A DNA stretch of 64,000 nucleotides from Ostreococcus lucimarinus. Lineage: Eukaryota. Of this stretch, positions 53,845 through 63,908 are shown one piece after another. Each line of letters begins with the position of its first letter. The stretch's first letter is position 1. A model generated the notes under the pieces. That model worked only from the letters and a program-made list of their open reading frames with translations. It had not been told where the DNA came from and did no database searches. Position numbers and translations under genes: made by a program. The stretch lies in the NCBI GenBank assembly GCA_000092065.1, contig CP000589.1; one strand, given 5' to 3'.

Positions 53845-54648
53845 TCACGCGTCGACGCGACGCGCGGCGACGAAAATCGAACCCTTGTCGCCTCTGCCCG
53901 TGCGCAGATCGTCGTCGACGTAGGTCGTCTCGATCCAGCCGCGCGGATCGACAAAGTCGAGCGACGCGCGCAGCGGCGGCAGCGACCCTATTCGAAGCTC
54001 CACCGAGCGAAAGCGCACGTTCAAACGCGTCGGATGCGCGACGGGATCATCGAACGCGCACTCTCCCGCGAGATTCACACCGAGATTCACGCCGAAAGGT
54101 CCTTCGAATTCGGCCCGATTGGACACCGTCGCCGCGGCGACGTCGATGTCTTGATAGTTCCCAATCGAACGCGCGAACGACTTTTCCGACTTTTCCGACT
54201 TTTCCGACTTTTCCGACGCCACCGAGCGCCCCGAACTCCCTGAGGCTTCCGTGAGCGCCGCGCCCAGAGCGCCCTCGCGTCGTCGTCTCGCCTCCTCCGC
54301 GGCGTCGTCCGCGGCGACCGACGCCAAGAGACTCCACGCGCCCGAGACCGACGCCCCCAGCGCCGCCGCGTCGTCCGGCGCGCGTCCCGCGCGCTCCAGC
54401 GCCTCGACGAGGTCCATCAGCGCGCGCGCGTCGTCCGCCGACGCGCGTCGTCCGCCTCGCGTGCGCGCGCAAAGTCGTTTCAGCGCGCGCTTCGTCGTCT
54501 CGACGTCTTCGCTCGACGCCGACGCCGCGACGCGCGACGCGCGCGCGACGCGCGACGCGCGCGCGCGCGCGGCGCGACGCGACGCGTCCAGCGCGCGGCC
54601 TCCGTCTCGCGCGCCGCGCGCGCGATCGGCGCTCGCGGTCGCGCGCAT
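53845..54648 (-). CDS. Plastid lipid-associated protein / fibrillin (PAP) family
   Basis: Starts at the internal ATG of ORF 53845..55344 (267 aa). It has a transit-peptide-like N-terminus. The family pattern is KRALKRLCARTRGG..DLVEALE...SGAWSLL ... the C-terminal GWIETTYVDDDLRTGRGDKGSIFV. An alternative ATG lies 22 codons upstream. Confidence 0.7.
   Translation of the reverse strand: MRATASADRARGARDGGRALDASRRAARARASRVARASRVAASASSEDVETTKRALKRLCARTRGGRRASADDARALMDLVEALERAGRAPDDAAALGASVSGAWSLLASVAADDAAEEARRRREGALGAALTEASGSSGRSVASEKSEKSEKSEKSFARSIGNYQDIDVAAATVSNRAEFEGPFGVNLGVNLAGECAFDDPVAHPTRLNVRFRSVELRIGSLPPLRASLDFVDPRGWIETTYVDDDLRTGRGDKGSIFVAARRVDA
54181..54216. repeat. 9-bp tandem repeat (cttttccga) x4 encoding (SEK)4 in the fibrillin gene
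   Basis: Read directly. It matches SEKSEKSEKSEK at residues 145..156 of the model. Confidence 0.9.
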
Positions 54649-54709
54649 CGCGCGGCGCCGACGTGTGGCGCCGCACTCGACGCCTCGCGAAGCGTCGCGG
54701 CGTCGCGGC

Positions 54710-55762
54710 ATGCCGGCGTCGAGCGATGCGCCGTCGACGACGCCCGCGACGCGCGACGCCGACGCGCGGTCGCGGCGCGTCGTCGCCAAGGCGCTCGCGG
54801 ATAACGCGCTCGTCGCGCTGTGGGTCGGGACGAGCGCGATCGTCATCTTGTTCAATAAATACATCCTCACCGCGTACGGGTTCCCGTTCCCGGTCGCGCT
54901 GACGATGACGCACATGCTGTTCTGCTCCGTCGTGGCGTTCGTGATCGTGCGCGCGCTGAAACTGGTGCCGGCGAGCGAGGGGGTGACGAGGGAGGTGTAC
55001 GCGACGAAGATTACGCCGATAGCGGCGCTGTTCGCGGTGTCGCTGTGGGCGTCGAACACGGCGTACGTGTATTTGAGCGTGGCGTTCATACAAATGCTGA
55101 AAGCGCTGAGCCCGGTGGTGGTGTACGCGATCGGGTGTTCGATAGGCGTGGAACGGTACTCGCACGAGCGATTGGCGAACATGGCGGTGGTGACGCTCGG
55201 GGTGATGATCGCGTCGTACGGGGAGCTGAATTTTAATTTTTTTGGGTTCGCGGTGCAGCTCGTGGCGGTGCTCGCGGAATCGTGTCGAATCATCGCCGTG
55301 CAGCTGGTTTTGGGGAAAGCAAATCTGAAGTTGAACTCGATCACGACGCTGTATTACGTTTCGCCCGCGTGCTTTGTGTTTTTGATCGTCCCGTTCGCGA
55401 TGCTGGAGCTTCCCAGGCTGGCGTACGGCTTGGAGGTGACGCATTCGGTGCGTTACTCCGCGGGCATCATGCTCGCCAACGCAATGTGCGCGTTCGCTTT
55501 GAATGCGGTGATTTATTTGCTCATCGGTCGAACGAGCGCGTTGACGCTCAACGTGGCGGGCGTGGTGAAGGACATGTTCCTCATCGGCATCAGTTCGGTG
55601 ATTTTCGAGGCGCCGATATCTGCCACGCAGCTCGTCGGTAGTTTGATCGCGTTCGGGGGCGTGTGCTACTATAATTACCGCAAACTGAACGATGCGTTCG
55701 CGGCGGCGGCGGCGGCGCCGACGCAAGGCGAAGTCGGGCCGAAGCGAGACAGTCAGGCTTAG
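54710..55762 (+). CDS. Nucleotide-sugar transporter of the TPT/NST-KT family (URGT-like)
   Basis: Starts at the internal ATG (residue 154) of ORF 54251..55762. Motifs are ILFNKYILTAYGFPFPVALTMTHMLFCS, AFIQMLKALSPV and SALTLNVAGVVKD. There are about 10 hydrophobic segments. Confidence 0.8.
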   Translation: MPASSDAPSTTPATRDADARSRRVVAKALADNALVALWVGTSAIVILFNKYILTAYGFPFPVALTMTHMLFCSVVAFVIVRALKLVPASEGVTREVYATKITPIAALFAVSLWASNTAYVYLSVAFIQMLKALSPVVVYAIGCSIGVERYSHERLANMAVVTLGVMIASYGELNFNFFGFAVQLVAVLAESCRIIAVQLVLGKANLKLNSITTLYYVSPACFVFLIVPFAMLELPRLAYGLEVTHSVRYSAGIMLANAMCAFALNAVIYLLIGRTSALTLNVAGVVKDMFLIGISSVIFEAPISATQLVGSLIAFGGVCYYNYRKLNDAFAAAAAAPTQGEVGPKRDSQA

Positions 55763-55831
55763 GGTGTCGGTTAGTAGTGTATCCTTCCGTAGAATTTCGT
55801 ATAACACGCGTGATTGTTACAAATTTGTGTT

Positions 55832-57463
55832 TTATAGTAGCAGTTCAGAGAGTTCATTTCCTTCGTCTTGTCCATCGCCGCCGAGCGAAAGTTGTGCGAG
55901 TTTTGCCGCTTCGAATTCCGCGGACAACGCGCACAGTTCGTCGTAAATCAAACCTCGAACATCGGTATCTGTCAGATATTGGGCACCGTCTTCAAAGTCG
56001 AAGGTGAACGGCGACTCAGCGCACGGTTCGTCGACTTCATCGTGAAGCGATTCCAGGTATGGATGCGCCAACGCCTCCTCGACGGTGATGCGCCTCGCCG
56101 GGTCGAGCACGAGCATCTTATCCACCAAGTCCACCGCCTTGGGCGAAGCGTTGGGGAACAACTTTTGAAAGCTACATCGCGCGGTGACTGGAAGTGATTT
56201 GATGTAACGCTTCGCCTTTTCGTTGTTGATGAAATCAAGCTCGGATGGGTTTTGCGGCGTTCCGATGACGCGCATGATCAAATTCAATTGGTGCACGTAA
56301 TCTTTCCCCGGAAAGAGCGTCTTTCGCCCGAGCAACTCGGCGAAGATACAACCGACGCTCCACACATCGATAGCGCTCGTGTACTCGGCGCAAGAGAGCA
56401 ACAGCTCGGGCGCGCGATACCACCTCGTCACGACGTACTCCGTCATGAACTCGGACGCCTCCGCGTCCACGAGCGCGGTGCGCGCCAATCCAAAGTCACA
56501 AATCTTCAAATCGCAGTTCGCGTTCAATAATAAATTTCCAGGCTTCAAGTCTCGATGCAGCACGTCGGCGCTGTGAATGTACTTTAACCCGCGCAAAATC
56601 TGATAGACAAAGTACTGACAGTGCTCATCCGTCAGCGACTGCGAACTGCGAATGATTTGGTATAAATCGGTGTCCATGAGATCGTACATCAAATAAACGT
56701 CCTCAAACGCATCCTTCGCGCGAGGTTTCACGCAATCGATGATATCGATCACGTTCTCGTGCCTCAAGTGTCGCAACAGCTTGATTTCCCGCAGCGTCCG
56801 CTTCGCGTCCACCACGTTCTCGAACGCGTTCACAATCTTCTTAATCGCCACCTTTCTATTCGTCTCCAACTCTCTCGCGCTACACACCACCCCGTACGCC
56901 CCCTTCCCGATCGGTTTTATGGGCGCATACTTGGCGTCCACCTCGAACACCGTCCCGCACACGGCGAACTTGGACGTCACCGCCGCCGTCCCCCGTCCCG
57001 ACCGTCCTTCCCTCTCCCGTCGCGCCTTTCGTCGTTTCGCCCTCGCCGCGCGCACGACGTCATCCCCACCACCGTTCTCGTCCCCTCCCTCGACCCCTCG
57101 TCGTCGTCGTCGTCGTCGTCGTCGTTCGCTCGCGTTCGCGTCTCGCGTCCCCTCGCCCGCCTCCGATTCGCTCTCGTCCGTCGTCGTCTCCGTGCGCGAC
57201 GCGCTCTCCGATCCCGTGCACTGCGAGTCGTCGTCCTCCGTCGTGCTCATGTACGCCCGCGCGTCGTCGTCGTCGCCGTCGTCGTCGTCGCGAATTCGCG
57301 TCGCGCCGTCTGCAATCGCGTCGTCGTAATCATCGTCGCTTTTCGCGTCGCGCGCCGCGGCGCTCGCGCGCCGCGCCGCGTCGTCGTCCGCGAACGCGCC
57401 TCGCCCGCGTCCCGCGCGCGCGTCGCGCGGCGACGGCGTCTCCGCGCTCGACGCGCGCGCCAT
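55832..57463 (-). CDS. Mitogen-activated protein kinase (TEY type) with a long acidic/Arg-rich N-terminal extension
   Basis: Motifs are [31 protein letters not shown], the activation loop [14 protein letters not shown], and a common-docking-like end. I chose the start at residue 87 of ORF 55832..57721 so that it does not overlap the divergent PRMT gene. Upstream ATGs at 57721 and 57628 are alternatives. Confidence 0.85.
   Translation of the reverse strand: MARASSAETPSPRDARAGRGRGAFADDDAARRASAAARDAKSDDDYDDAIADGATRIRDDDDGDDDDARAYMSTTEDDDSQCTGSESASRTETTTDESESEAGEGTRDANASERRRRRRRRRGVEGGDENGGGDDVVRAARAKRRKARREREGRSGRGTAAVTSKFAVCGTVFEVDAKYAPIKPIGKGAYGVVCSARELETNRKVAIKKIVNAFENVVDAKRTLREIKLLRHLRHENVIDIIDCVKPRAKDAFEDVYLMYDLMDTDLYQIIRSSQSLTDEHCQYFVYQILRGLKYIHSADVLHRDLKPGNLLLNANCDLKICDFGLARTALVDAEASEFMTEYVVTRWYRAPELLLSCAEYTSAIDVWSVGCIFAELLGRKTLFPGKDYVHQLNLIMRVIGTPQNPSELDFINNEKAKRYIKSLPVTARCSFQKLFPNASPKAVDLVDKMLVLDPARRITVEEALAHPYLESLHDEVDEPCAESPFTFDFEDGAQYLTDTDVRGLIYDELCALSAEFEAAKLAQLSLGGDGQDEGNELSELLL
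57098..57124. repeat. (TCG)9 trinucleotide run encoding Arg9 in the MAPK N-terminal extension
   Basis: Read directly. It corresponds to RRRRRRRRR. Confidence 0.8.
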
Positions 57464-57506
57464 TGTGCGCCACCGCGCGCCGTCGTCGGTCCATCGCGGC
57501 GTCGCG

Positions 57507-59135
57507 ATGCCGGCGCTCGTCCTCACGCGCGCGGGCTGGGCGCGCGCGAGCGACGTCGACGACGACGACGACGACGCGACGCGCGACGTCGCCGCGGCGC
57601 TGTGGACGACGACGACGTGGCTGGACATGCTGAACGACGGGCGGCGAAACCGAGCCTTCGCGCGGGCGATCGAACGCGACGTGACGCGAGGCGATCGATG
57701 CGTGGACGTCGGCGCGGGCACTGGGATACTCGCGGCGATGCTCGCGCGGGCGTGCGGACGCGAGGGAGGCGTGGTGGCGGTGGAGGAGTACGCGCCGTGC
57801 GCGGCGCTGGCGAGAAAAATCGTCGGCGGCGACGGGATCGACGTGCGGTGCGCGCGAAGCGATGAGGTGGTGTGCGAGACGGAAAACGAAAGGTTTGACG
57901 TGATGTGCGCGGAGTTGTTGGACTCGGAGCTCGTGGGAGAGGGATGGTTGAAGACGGCGCGCGAGGCGAGACGAAGGCTGACGCGCGGACGAGGCGCGAC
58001 GATACCGAGACGAGGGAGGACGCACGCGAGGTTGGTGCGATGCGAAAAGGCGGCGAAATATTACGGTGCGATCGGTGACGCGGCGAGCGCGGCGGGGGAG
58101 GGGGTGGTGTGGTGTCGAAGCGCGAGGCAGGCGCACGCGCGCGCGTGGAGACGAGAGATGGAATCGTTATCCGACGACGTCTTGGCGCACGAGTTCGATT
58201 TCGAGAACGTGCCGGAGGAAGGACGCGCCGCGACGTGGGAACGCGAGTGGAAAGTCGTCGACACCGCCGGGCGCGCGGATGCGGTTTTGGTGTGGTGGGA
58301 GGTGGACGTCGATTCAGAGGGCGATGCCCGGTATTCGACGCGTCCGACGCCCGACGCTCCCTGGACGCACCATTGGCGGCAAGTCTTGTTCGTCGTTCCC
58401 GAACACGCGCGCGGTGGAATTTTGAATGGCGATGGAAAGGTGCGCTTTGTCGCCACGCACGACGATTACTCGCTGAAAATCGGGATTCAAACGTCCGAGA
58501 CTCTCGGCGCTCGGGCGGACGCCGCCGGCGTCCCGGACCCGCCCGTCGAAGCGCCTTGGCTCGATCCATTGAGACGGTGCGCGCGGGGAGAGAGCACGTC
58601 GTACCGTCTTCGCGCGGTTGGGATGCGTTTGCCCGAATTCGTCGCGAGCAAGGCGCGACTCGGCGTCGTGTGCGGCGTCGATTTGTCGAGCGCCAACGCG
58701 CTCTTGCGTCCTGAAGACGACGACTTGCCCGACGACGCACCGATCGGGTGCGAAAAGTTCGACGCTCCGATTTCATGGTTCCACGTGTTTGAGCTCGGTG
58801 GCGGTCCGCACGACGCCGACGCCGTCGCGACCTCGCCCGAGACGCTCTTTGAATTCGGCGACGAATCGTCCTCCTTCGCCGTCGGCGCTCGCGCCGTCGC
58901 GACGCTCCGCGCGGACGCCCCGTTCGACGCCGTCGTCGTCTACATCGACGCCGAAGACGATGTCGATCCGTTCGATCCCGAACGCGACGCGTTCGCCACG
59001 CCCTTTTCCATCGCGAGACGTCGTCAAGGCGTTCTCATCGTTCCGGAACGCTCTCGCGCTCCATCGCTCCAAGTTTGGTGCGCCGCCGTTCCCGGCGACG
59101 AGGGATTCCGATTCGGCATTCTCGCCTCATCGTAA
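57507..59135 (+). CDS. Protein arginine N-methyltransferase, PRMT7-like
   Basis: The track start at 57465 is GTG and the first ATG is at 57507. Motifs are [18 protein letters not shown] and the SAM motif [16 protein letters not shown]. The second half ([12 protein letters not shown]) is consistent with a duplicated, degenerate module. Confidence 0.6.
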   Translation: MPALVLTRAGWARASDVDDDDDDATRDVAAALWTTTTWLDMLNDGRRNRAFARAIERDVTRGDRCVDVGAGTGILAAMLARACGREGGVVAVEEYAPCAALARKIVGGDGIDVRCARSDEVVCETENERFDVMCAELLDSELVGEGWLKTAREARRRLTRGRGATIPRRGRTHARLVRCEKAAKYYGAIGDAASAAGEGVVWCRSARQAHARAWRREMESLSDDVLAHEFDFENVPEEGRAATWEREWKVVDTAGRADAVLVWWEVDVDSEGDARYSTRPTPDAPWTHHWRQVLFVVPEHARGGILNGDGKVRFVATHDDYSLKIGIQTSETLGARADAAGVPDPPVEAPWLDPLRRCARGESTSYRLRAVGMRLPEFVASKARLGVVCGVDLSSANALLRPEDDDLPDDAPIGCEKFDAPISWFHVFELGGGPHDADAVATSPETLFEFGDESSSFAVGARAVATLRADAPFDAVVVYIDAEDDVDPFDPERDAFATPFSIARRRQGVLIVPERSRAPSLQVWCAAVPGDEGFRFGILASS

Positions 59136-59249
59136 CGACGCGCTCGAGCGTCGACGTCTCGATCGTTTAGTTTAGGATTCAATCGTTTAGTTTAGGATTA
59201 GCGTTGGCTCGTTCGGCGCACCGCCGGCGCGCGTCACATCGCGCCGACG

Positions 59250-60200
59250 ATGTCGCTCGCGCGCGCGCGCGCCTCCGGCCCGACGCCCGCGCGCGCGTCG
59301 ACGTCGACGTCGACGTCGTCGTCGTCGCGCGCGCGCGTCGTCGCGCTCACGCGTCGCGCCGCGCTCGTCGCCGCGGTCTCGCTCGTCGCGCCCGGCCGCG
59401 CGCGCGCCGACGCGTTCGCCGACGCCGACGCGTTCGCCGACGCCGGCGAATCGCCCGCGGTCGGCGCGTGCGCGGATTGCATCGGCGAGTACAACGGGTA
59501 CCTGAACTCGTGCGATCGCGCGTCGTCGTCGTGCGTGTCCTCGCAGAACGACGACGCGGAGAGATTCGTCGCGCCGTGGGCGTACGAGGGCGACCGCGCG
59601 ACGGCGATGCGACGCCTCGTCGACGTCGCGACGGGACGCGCGACGCCGCGAGGCAGGGCGCTGTCGCAGCGCGGGAGCGGGATCGGGGCGAGGACGGGCG
59701 ACGGGCGCGCGCGCGACGGGTTGTCGTTCGTCGCTCGCGCGGAGGCGTACGACGAATCGAGCGGATACGTGCGGTTGGCGCTCGCGCCCAAGACGCGAAA
59801 CGACGCGAACGGTGGATTCGGGGCGAAGGTCGCGCTCGACGGGAACGACGTCGACGTCGCGGGCGTCGGCGTGTTCGACGCGGAATTTCTGTTCATCGCG
59901 AACGACGAAGTGGTCGACGTGCGCGTGGCGCAGCGCGGCGGTAACGCCGAGAATCGCGGGGTGTTTCGATTGAGTTACACCGATGGCGTGGCGTTCGATA
60001 CGAATCTCGCGAGGGCGCGCGCCGAGGAGCTTCGCATCGCGATCGGGTGGGAAATCCTCCCAGTCATAGCCGCGTTCGATCCGAAGTGGAGCGACAAAGA
60101 GCGACTTTGGTTTGAGAAATTATTCGACGCCGCCGCGGGGCGTCCGGCGCCGGAGACGAACGATCTACGCGACATGCGCGACACGTACTCGTACGAGTGA
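59250..60200 (+). CDS. DUF1499-family protein with a twin-arginine-type thylakoid lumen signal
   Basis: ATG checked at 59250. A transit-like leader is followed by TRRAALVAAVSLVAPGRARA. The DUF1499-like part is CADCIGEYNGYLNSCD..SSCVSSQND...FVAPWAY. Confidence 0.6.
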   Translation: MSLARARASGPTPARASTSTSTSSSSRARVVALTRRAALVAAVSLVAPGRARADAFADADAFADAGESPAVGACADCIGEYNGYLNSCDRASSSCVSSQNDDAERFVAPWAYEGDRATAMRRLVDVATGRATPRGRALSQRGSGIGARTGDGRARDGLSFVARAEAYDESSGYVRLALAPKTRNDANGGFGAKVALDGNDVDVAGVGVFDAEFLFIANDEVVDVRVAQRGGNAENRGVFRLSYTDGVAFDTNLARARAEELRIAIGWEILPVIAAFDPKWSDKERLWFEKLFDAAAGRPAPETNDLRDMRDTYSYE

Positions 60201-60331
60201 TCGCCTCGCGTCGCGTCGCGTTGTAGTGTTCATCGATTTGTTTGTACCGCGCCGTCACCGCGCCTCGATTTGTTTGGACCGCGAGCTCGAGCTCGCGGTC
60301 CCGAAGCTGCACACTTCAAACCTCGGCGACG

Positions 60332-60844
60332 ATGGCGATCTCCGAGCTCGCGCGCAAGGTGTTCCTGACGTACTTCGTCACCCACATCCCCGCCACGATG
60401 CTCATCGACGCGCAGGTGGTGTTGCCGCCGCGCGTCGTCCCGACGTTTGCGCGAAACGCCCTGCGTTGGCACATCTCCACGAATAACGACGTCTTGATGG
60501 CGCACCAGCCCGCGTGGTTGCGGAGTTTGGTGATGTGTGAGCTCGTGTTCCAACTGCCGTTCTTCTTCGTCGCGATATCGGCGCTGCGTCGAAGAGATGA
60601 GGGCGCGAAGGGGTGGTTGTTGGCGTACGGCGCGCACACGGCGACGACGCTCGCGCCGATTTTGCAATACATTTGGGAGAGCGACGCGATCGCGAGCGAG
60701 CTCGAGCGATGGAAGTTGATTGGGGTGTATTCGCCGTATCTCGTCGTACCGCTGTGGATCGTGTCGTGCACGATCGGAGAGGGGAAGATTTTCGTCGACG
60801 CGAAGACGGCGAGGAGCGCGTCTTCGAGGCGGAAGCGGGCGTAG
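60332..60844 (+). CDS. TMEM97: TMEM97/sigma-2 receptor-like EXPERA-domain membrane protein
   Basis: Starts at the internal ATG (residue 31) of ORF 60242..60844. The sequence is FLTYFVTHIPATMLIDAQVV...WLRSLVMCELVFQLPFFFVA, with four hydrophobic segments and a basic tail. Confidence 0.65.
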   Translation: MAISELARKVFLTYFVTHIPATMLIDAQVVLPPRVVPTFARNALRWHISTNNDVLMAHQPAWLRSLVMCELVFQLPFFFVAISALRRRDEGAKGWLLAYGAHTATTLAPILQYIWESDAIASELERWKLIGVYSPYLVVPLWIVSCTIGEGKIFVDAKTARSASSRRKRA

Positions 60845-60953
60845 GTCGCGGTGAGTTGACGGTCACTTTTAGTATTGAAAATGATCAAAACTGCCGAGTG
60901 GTGTTGGTCACTCGTCATGAGGAAAACTGTTCTTCGTTCGAAACGAGACGTCC

Positions 60954-62423
60954 CTAGTTCGGGACGTTGTGGATCACCTTGCCGGCGTCGATGGAGATGA
61001 TGTTCGCGGGCGCGTTGGCGGCGCGAACGAAGCCACCGCTGTCTCTGCAAGGAAGGTCACAGCCCCAGAGATTGCCGTTGCCGTCGAGAAGCCAGAGCGC
61101 GGTGGCGCCGACGGTGATTTGACTGATCGTTGCGGTCGAGAGCGCACTCGGAATGGAGATTGTGGACCAGTCGCCGGTCATGTCCGAGGCTTTTCGTTTC
61201 AGCGTCCTTCCATCTTGGTATACGACGAACGCGTCCGAATCGCCGACTTCGACCTGCTTGACGGTTTTTACGTGTTGACGAACCCATCCGCCATTAGGCA
61301 GTTCCGCGCTCCACATATTGTGTTGCTTGTTCATGTGAAAGTGGTGCGTGCGACCGATGGTCACTTGGACACCTTTTCCGCCGCCGTCATCGGCGAAACC
61401 CCAATCGCCCGAGCCGTCGACGGGACGACTCCACATGTATCCGCCGGAGGTGTGTATACTCGTGTCCGTGACTCCGATGAGCGCATCGTAGCCCGCGTCA
61501 AAGTCAACCATGGTGCCTTGGGCGACGCCGTTGGCTACGGGATTGTTGGTTGCCGTATTCCAGTTATCGCGAGAGAACTGATTGAGGTCGGCGTTACGCG
61601 TCCAGGCGAGAGTTCCAGTCACGGTATTTAAACCCCACGTGTTGAACTCTCCCGAACTCACCGAGGTAAAGTGACCTTTGTAGTTACGCCAGACATCAGT
61701 TTTCGCCACCGATTCTTCGATTCCCCAGACGTTGTCCGCGTCGCCGGTCGCCGGACCGGTGCACGCGATGAGCTTCACCGTCAGCGGGCACCGCTCGAGA
61801 CATCCAGCCCACGTCGTCTCGAATCGACGCACGCCGTCGACGAGCCGCATGCTCGACCTTTTCGGAATCACGCGATTTCTGTACGCGCCCCCGCCCGCGG
61901 GGACGTTTGCCAGGCACGTCGCGTTCGCGAGTTCGCCCGTCGCCGGAAACCGCTTGTTGTGCCCCAGTTCGAAGATGGTCTCGCCTCGCGCGTTCACCAG
62001 CCCGAACCCGATCTCCTCTCCCGCGCGCACGCGCGCTCGGCCGACGTATATCGTCGACCATCCGCTCTGCGTCAGCTCGACCCCGCCCGCGCGTCGGCTC
62101 GCGCCGCCGAACTCTTCAATCGGATCGTCCCCTCGTCGCAGCAACCGCACGCTCGCGATGTCGGACGCGTAGAAGTCCTCTATCGGCGAGCGATCGACGA
62201 CGTCGAGCTCGATGCACCCGACGTCGACCTGAAACTGCACCTCGAACGGCGCGCCGGCGCCCTCGCGAGACGCGCGCCCGCGCGCGACGATCGACGCGAC
62301 CGCGACGGCGACGACGGCGACGGACGCGATCGTCGCGCGGCGTCGGCGGTGACGCGCGACGTCGAGCTCGTTCGCCGCGCGGAGCAGCGCCGTGGACTCC
62401 GTCGCGTCGCGCGCGGGCGCCAT
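60954..62423 (-). CDS. Type II membrane protein with tectonin-like beta-propeller repeats (putative lectin)
   Basis: ATG checked at 62421..62423. The N-terminal anchor is IASVAVVAVAVASIVA. The C-half has repeated W-G/x-G-x-(L/V/I)-W modules (DNVWGIEE, FNTWGLNTVTGTLAW, GGYMWSRPVDGSGDWG, HNMWSAELPNGGW, ALWLLDGNGNLWGCD). Confidence 0.45.
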   Translation of the reverse strand: MAPARDATESTALLRAANELDVARHRRRRATIASVAVVAVAVASIVARGRASREGAGAPFEVQFQVDVGCIELDVVDRSPIEDFYASDIASVRLLRRGDDPIEEFGGASRRAGGVELTQSGWSTIYVGRARVRAGEEIGFGLVNARGETIFELGHNKRFPATGELANATCLANVPAGGGAYRNRVIPKRSSMRLVDGVRRFETTWAGCLERCPLTVKLIACTGPATGDADNVWGIEESVAKTDVWRNYKGHFTSVSSGEFNTWGLNTVTGTLAWTRNADLNQFSRDNWNTATNNPVANGVAQGTMVDFDAGYDALIGVTDTSIHTSGGYMWSRPVDGSGDWGFADDGGGKGVQVTIGRTHHFHMNKQHNMWSAELPNGGWVRQHVKTVKQVEVGDSDAFVVYQDGRTLKRKASDMTGDWSTISIPSALSTATISQITVGATALWLLDGNGNLWGCDLPCRDSGGFVRAANAPANIISIDAGKVIHNVPN

Positions 62424-62567
62424 GACGCGTCGGAATGTGCGGAGTGGGGTGCCATGAATGACGCGTCGTCGGAATGGGGTGTTACAACGGTTGGCGGAGC
62501 CCTGACTGACCCGGCGCGGCGCGCGGAGGATTTCGATCGATCGCGCGCGCGACGATCGAACGATGGG

Positions 62568-63908
62568 CTACGCGCGAACGGCCTGTTGAACGAATGATTT
62601 CGACGCGCTCGCCACGATGAAGACGTCGGCGCGCTCGAGCGAAGCGCCGACGATTTCGCGGGGCGAAAACGACGCGGCGGCGCGCTCGAGCGCGACTCGC
62701 GCGGGCGCGAGCATGCCCGGGACGAAAGAATAAAGCGCCGGCTCGTCTGCGCAAAGAAACACGAGGCGTGATCTACCGTCCAGGTCGTCGTCTTCGAACC
62801 ACCTGAAGTCGATGATTGGTTTTCTGTGAACGAAGACGGCGAGCGGAGCTCCGTCGTCGGCGTCGTTCCCGGACGCCGGCCATAGAAATAAAACCTTGTC
62901 GTTGTGGCTCGCGCACAGAGTCGCGAGCATCGTCTTACACGAACTCAGCGCCAGTCGCACGCCCGCTCGTTCGATACCTCGCGCGTCGCACGCCAAAGTT
63001 TTCTGTTCAAACCGCGCGACTTTTTCGTATCCGTCTCCGCGCTGAGACTCGCGGAAAATTCTCGTCGATGCCGTCGCGTCGCACGTCAGCGGGTGCGTGA
63101 GCGCGCGCGTGATCCGCCAAGTCAATTCATCGATCCATAAAAGGGCCTCGTTCGACACGCACGTGACGATGAGACGTCCATCCTTCGCCCGAACGCTCGG
63201 CGCCGACGCGCCTCGAATCGTCGCTCGCCGGAGGCCTTCGGCCGAAAAAATCTCCAGCGCCGGTCGCGCCTCCACCGCGCACGAATCGTCATAAATTAGA
63301 ATCTCCTGCCCCCCTGCGCCGCCAAACTCGATCATCTGCGCATCGAAGCCCGGAGGCAAGCGAAACGAGATCGCGCCTTCGTACGGCGCCGTCGCCGAGA
63401 ACACCTCCACGCGTTCGCGCGCTTCGTCGTCGCGCGTCACGAACGCCATCCACCGTCCATCTCGCGACCGCGCGTGCGCGCTAAATCTGGAGCTACTCTT
63501 CCTCGCGTGCGCGATTCGAACGAAGTCGAATCCGTCTCGGTCGTCGAGCATCGTCGTCGACGCGTCGCCGTCGCCGGCGAACGCGAGCGCGCCGTCGCCC
63601 GCGCGGAACGCCCGCGAGCACGCCCCGATGCCGCGCGCGACGCGCTCGAGCGTCAACCCGCGGTCGTCGACGGTGACGACGCACGCGGTGCCGTCGTCGA
63701 GGACCACCGCGCAGACGTCGCGCGTCGCGTGCCAAGCGACAGACGCGATTGTGCTTTCAAACTGTATCGCCTTCCCGACGCGTTCGTCGACGCGCGCGGC
63801 GCGCCGGAGCGTCAGATGGACGCCATCGCGCACGAGCGCGCGCGTGCGGTCGGGGCTGAGCGCGACGGAGCCGCGAAGATCGCGGTCGTCGAGCGCGAGG
63901 GCGGGCAT
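62568..63908 (-). CDS. WRAP73: WD-repeat protein WRAP73-like (centriolar/ciliary)
   Basis: Starts at the internal ATG (residue 22) of ORF 62568..63971. The ATG at 63971 is an alternative. It is collinear with remembered WRAP73 blocks: LSPDRTRALV, SRDGRWMAFVTRDDEARERVEVF, and the C-terminal PIIDFRWFEDD...RLVFLCADEPALYSF. Confidence 0.5.
   Translation of the reverse strand: MPALALDDRDLRGSVALSPDRTRALVRDGVHLTLRRAARVDERVGKAIQFESTIASVAWHATRDVCAVVLDDGTACVVTVDDRGLTLERVARGIGACSRAFRAGDGALAFAGDGDASTTMLDDRDGFDFVRIAHARKSSSRFSAHARSRDGRWMAFVTRDDEARERVEVFSATAPYEGAISFRLPPGFDAQMIEFGGAGGQEILIYDDSCAVEARPALEIFSAEGLRRATIRGASAPSVRAKDGRLIVTCVSNEALLWIDELTWRITRALTHPLTCDATASTRIFRESQRGDGYEKVARFEQKTLACDARGIERAGVRLALSSCKTMLATLCASHNDKVLFLWPASGNDADDGAPLAVFVHRKPIIDFRWFEDDDLDGRSRLVFLCADEPALYSFVPGMLAPARVALERAAASFSPREIVGASLERADVFIVASASKSFVQQAVRA

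Noticed and set aside
54047-55807. A 586-aa Arg/His-rich ORF on the minus strand.
   Set aside because: It is antisense to the nucleotide-sugar transporter and in a different frame from fibrillin. It has no recognisable motifs. It shows the typical poly-Arg translation of CG-rich antisense sequence.
57523-58776. A 417-aa Arg/Pro/Ser-rich ORF on the minus strand.
   Set aside because: It is antisense to the PRMT7-like gene and is a low-complexity, GC-driven open frame.
62502-62510. ctgactgac, a branch-box-like sequence on the plus strand between the tectonin-like and WRAP73-like genes.
   Set aside because: There is no plus-strand gene, donor site or exon context here, since both neighbours are on the minus strand. 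I treat it as a chance occurrence.
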